In this document: one piece after another, positions 63,420 through 64,000 of the stretch
Numbering within the stretch: the stretch's first letter is position 1
Layout: every line of letters begins with the position of its first letter
DNA from: an uncultured Aliarcobacter sp.
Lineage (GTDB): Bacteria; Campylobacterota; Campylobacteria; Campylobacterales; Arcobacteraceae
DNA length: 64,000 nucleotides
NCBI GenBank assembly: GCA_963664305.2
Contig: CAXXLV010000002.1
Coordinates: forward strand, 64,001 to 128,000
Direction of reading: 5' to 3'
Made by a program: the position numbers and the translations under genes
Notes under the pieces: generated by a model
Database searches by the model: none
Told to the model about the DNA's origin: nothing
What the model saw: the letters and a program-made list of their open reading frames with translations, nothing else

Positions 63420-64000
63420 CAGAGATAATTTCAATAGCAAATCAAAAAGGTGGAGTAGGTAAAACTACTACGGCTGTAAATTTAAGCGCAGCACTTGCCT
63501 TAGAAGGTAAAAAAGTCTTATTAATTGATGCAGATCCTCAAGCAAATGCAACTACTTCGTTGGGATTTCATAGAGATACTTACGAATATAACATTTATCA
63601 TGTAATGTTAGGAACAAAAGAATTAAGTGAAATTATTTTAGATTCAGAAATTGAGAATTTAAAAGTTGCACCTTCAAATATTGGACTTGTTGGGATAGAA
63701 AAAGAGTTTTATAAAAATACTAAAGAAAGAGAATTAGTATTAAAAAGAAAAATAGATCCAGTAAAAAAAGATTTTGATTATATTATCATCGATTCACCTC
63801 CAGCACTTGGACCAATAACAATAAATACTTTAAGTGCTTCATCATCAGTATTAATTCCTATTCAATGTGAGTTTTTCGCTTTAGAAGGTTTAGCACAATT
63901 ATTAAATACAATTAAATTAGTTAAACAAACAATAAATCAATCTTTACAAATTAGAGGTTTTTTACCTACAATGTATAGTGCACAAAATAATCTTTCAAAA
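63416..64000 (+). CDS. parA: Chromosome partitioning ATPase (3'-partial)
   Basis: IANQKGGVGKTTT, DADPQAN, IDSPP, PIQCEFFALEG. Confidence 0.93.
   Translation, partial: MTEIISIANQKGGVGKTTTAVNLSAALALEGKKVLLIDADPQANATTSLGFHRDTYEYNIYHVMLGTKELSEIILDSEIENLKVAPSNIGLVGIEKEFYKNTKERELVLKRKIDPVKKDFDYIIIDSPPALGPITINTLSASSSVLIPIQCEFFALEGLAQLLNTIKLVKQTINQSLQIRGFLPTMYSAQNNLSK

Overview
Very AT-rich Campylobacterota chromosome segment; gene order and proteins suggest Arcobacter/Aliarcobacter (inference). Housekeeping and signalling genes occupy about 1-4.8 kb and 31.2-64 kb (bioA, sensor kinases, msrBA, rnhB, clpB, rpmH-rnpA-yidD-yidC-jag-mnmE, htpX, aroC, rnc, dnaG, rplU-rpmA-obgE-proB-fmt, birA, parA). They flank a ~26.3-kb genomic island (about 4844-31167) inserted after codon 26 of a fumarylacetoacetate-hydrolase (FAH) family gene. 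The island has 16-bp imperfect terminal inverted repeats and no visible target duplication. It opens with three tyrosine-recombinase-like genes plus a small coiled-coil gene (GInt/ginABCD-like; the third is frameshifted in a C5 run), followed directly by a full-length, diverged replacement copy of the FAH gene it disrupts. The cargo is mainly an array of headless haemagglutinin-repeat (CdiA/TpsA-like) C-terminal cassettes built as repeated stalk, HExxH-like domain, conserved 'DD' boundary, variable tip and coupled small membrane gene (putative immunity). It also holds lipoprotein paralogues, an Imm70-like gene, XRE regulators, a chimeric IS256 remnant and several unexplained non-coding repeats. 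All family assignments come from motif recognition by eye; no database searches were run.
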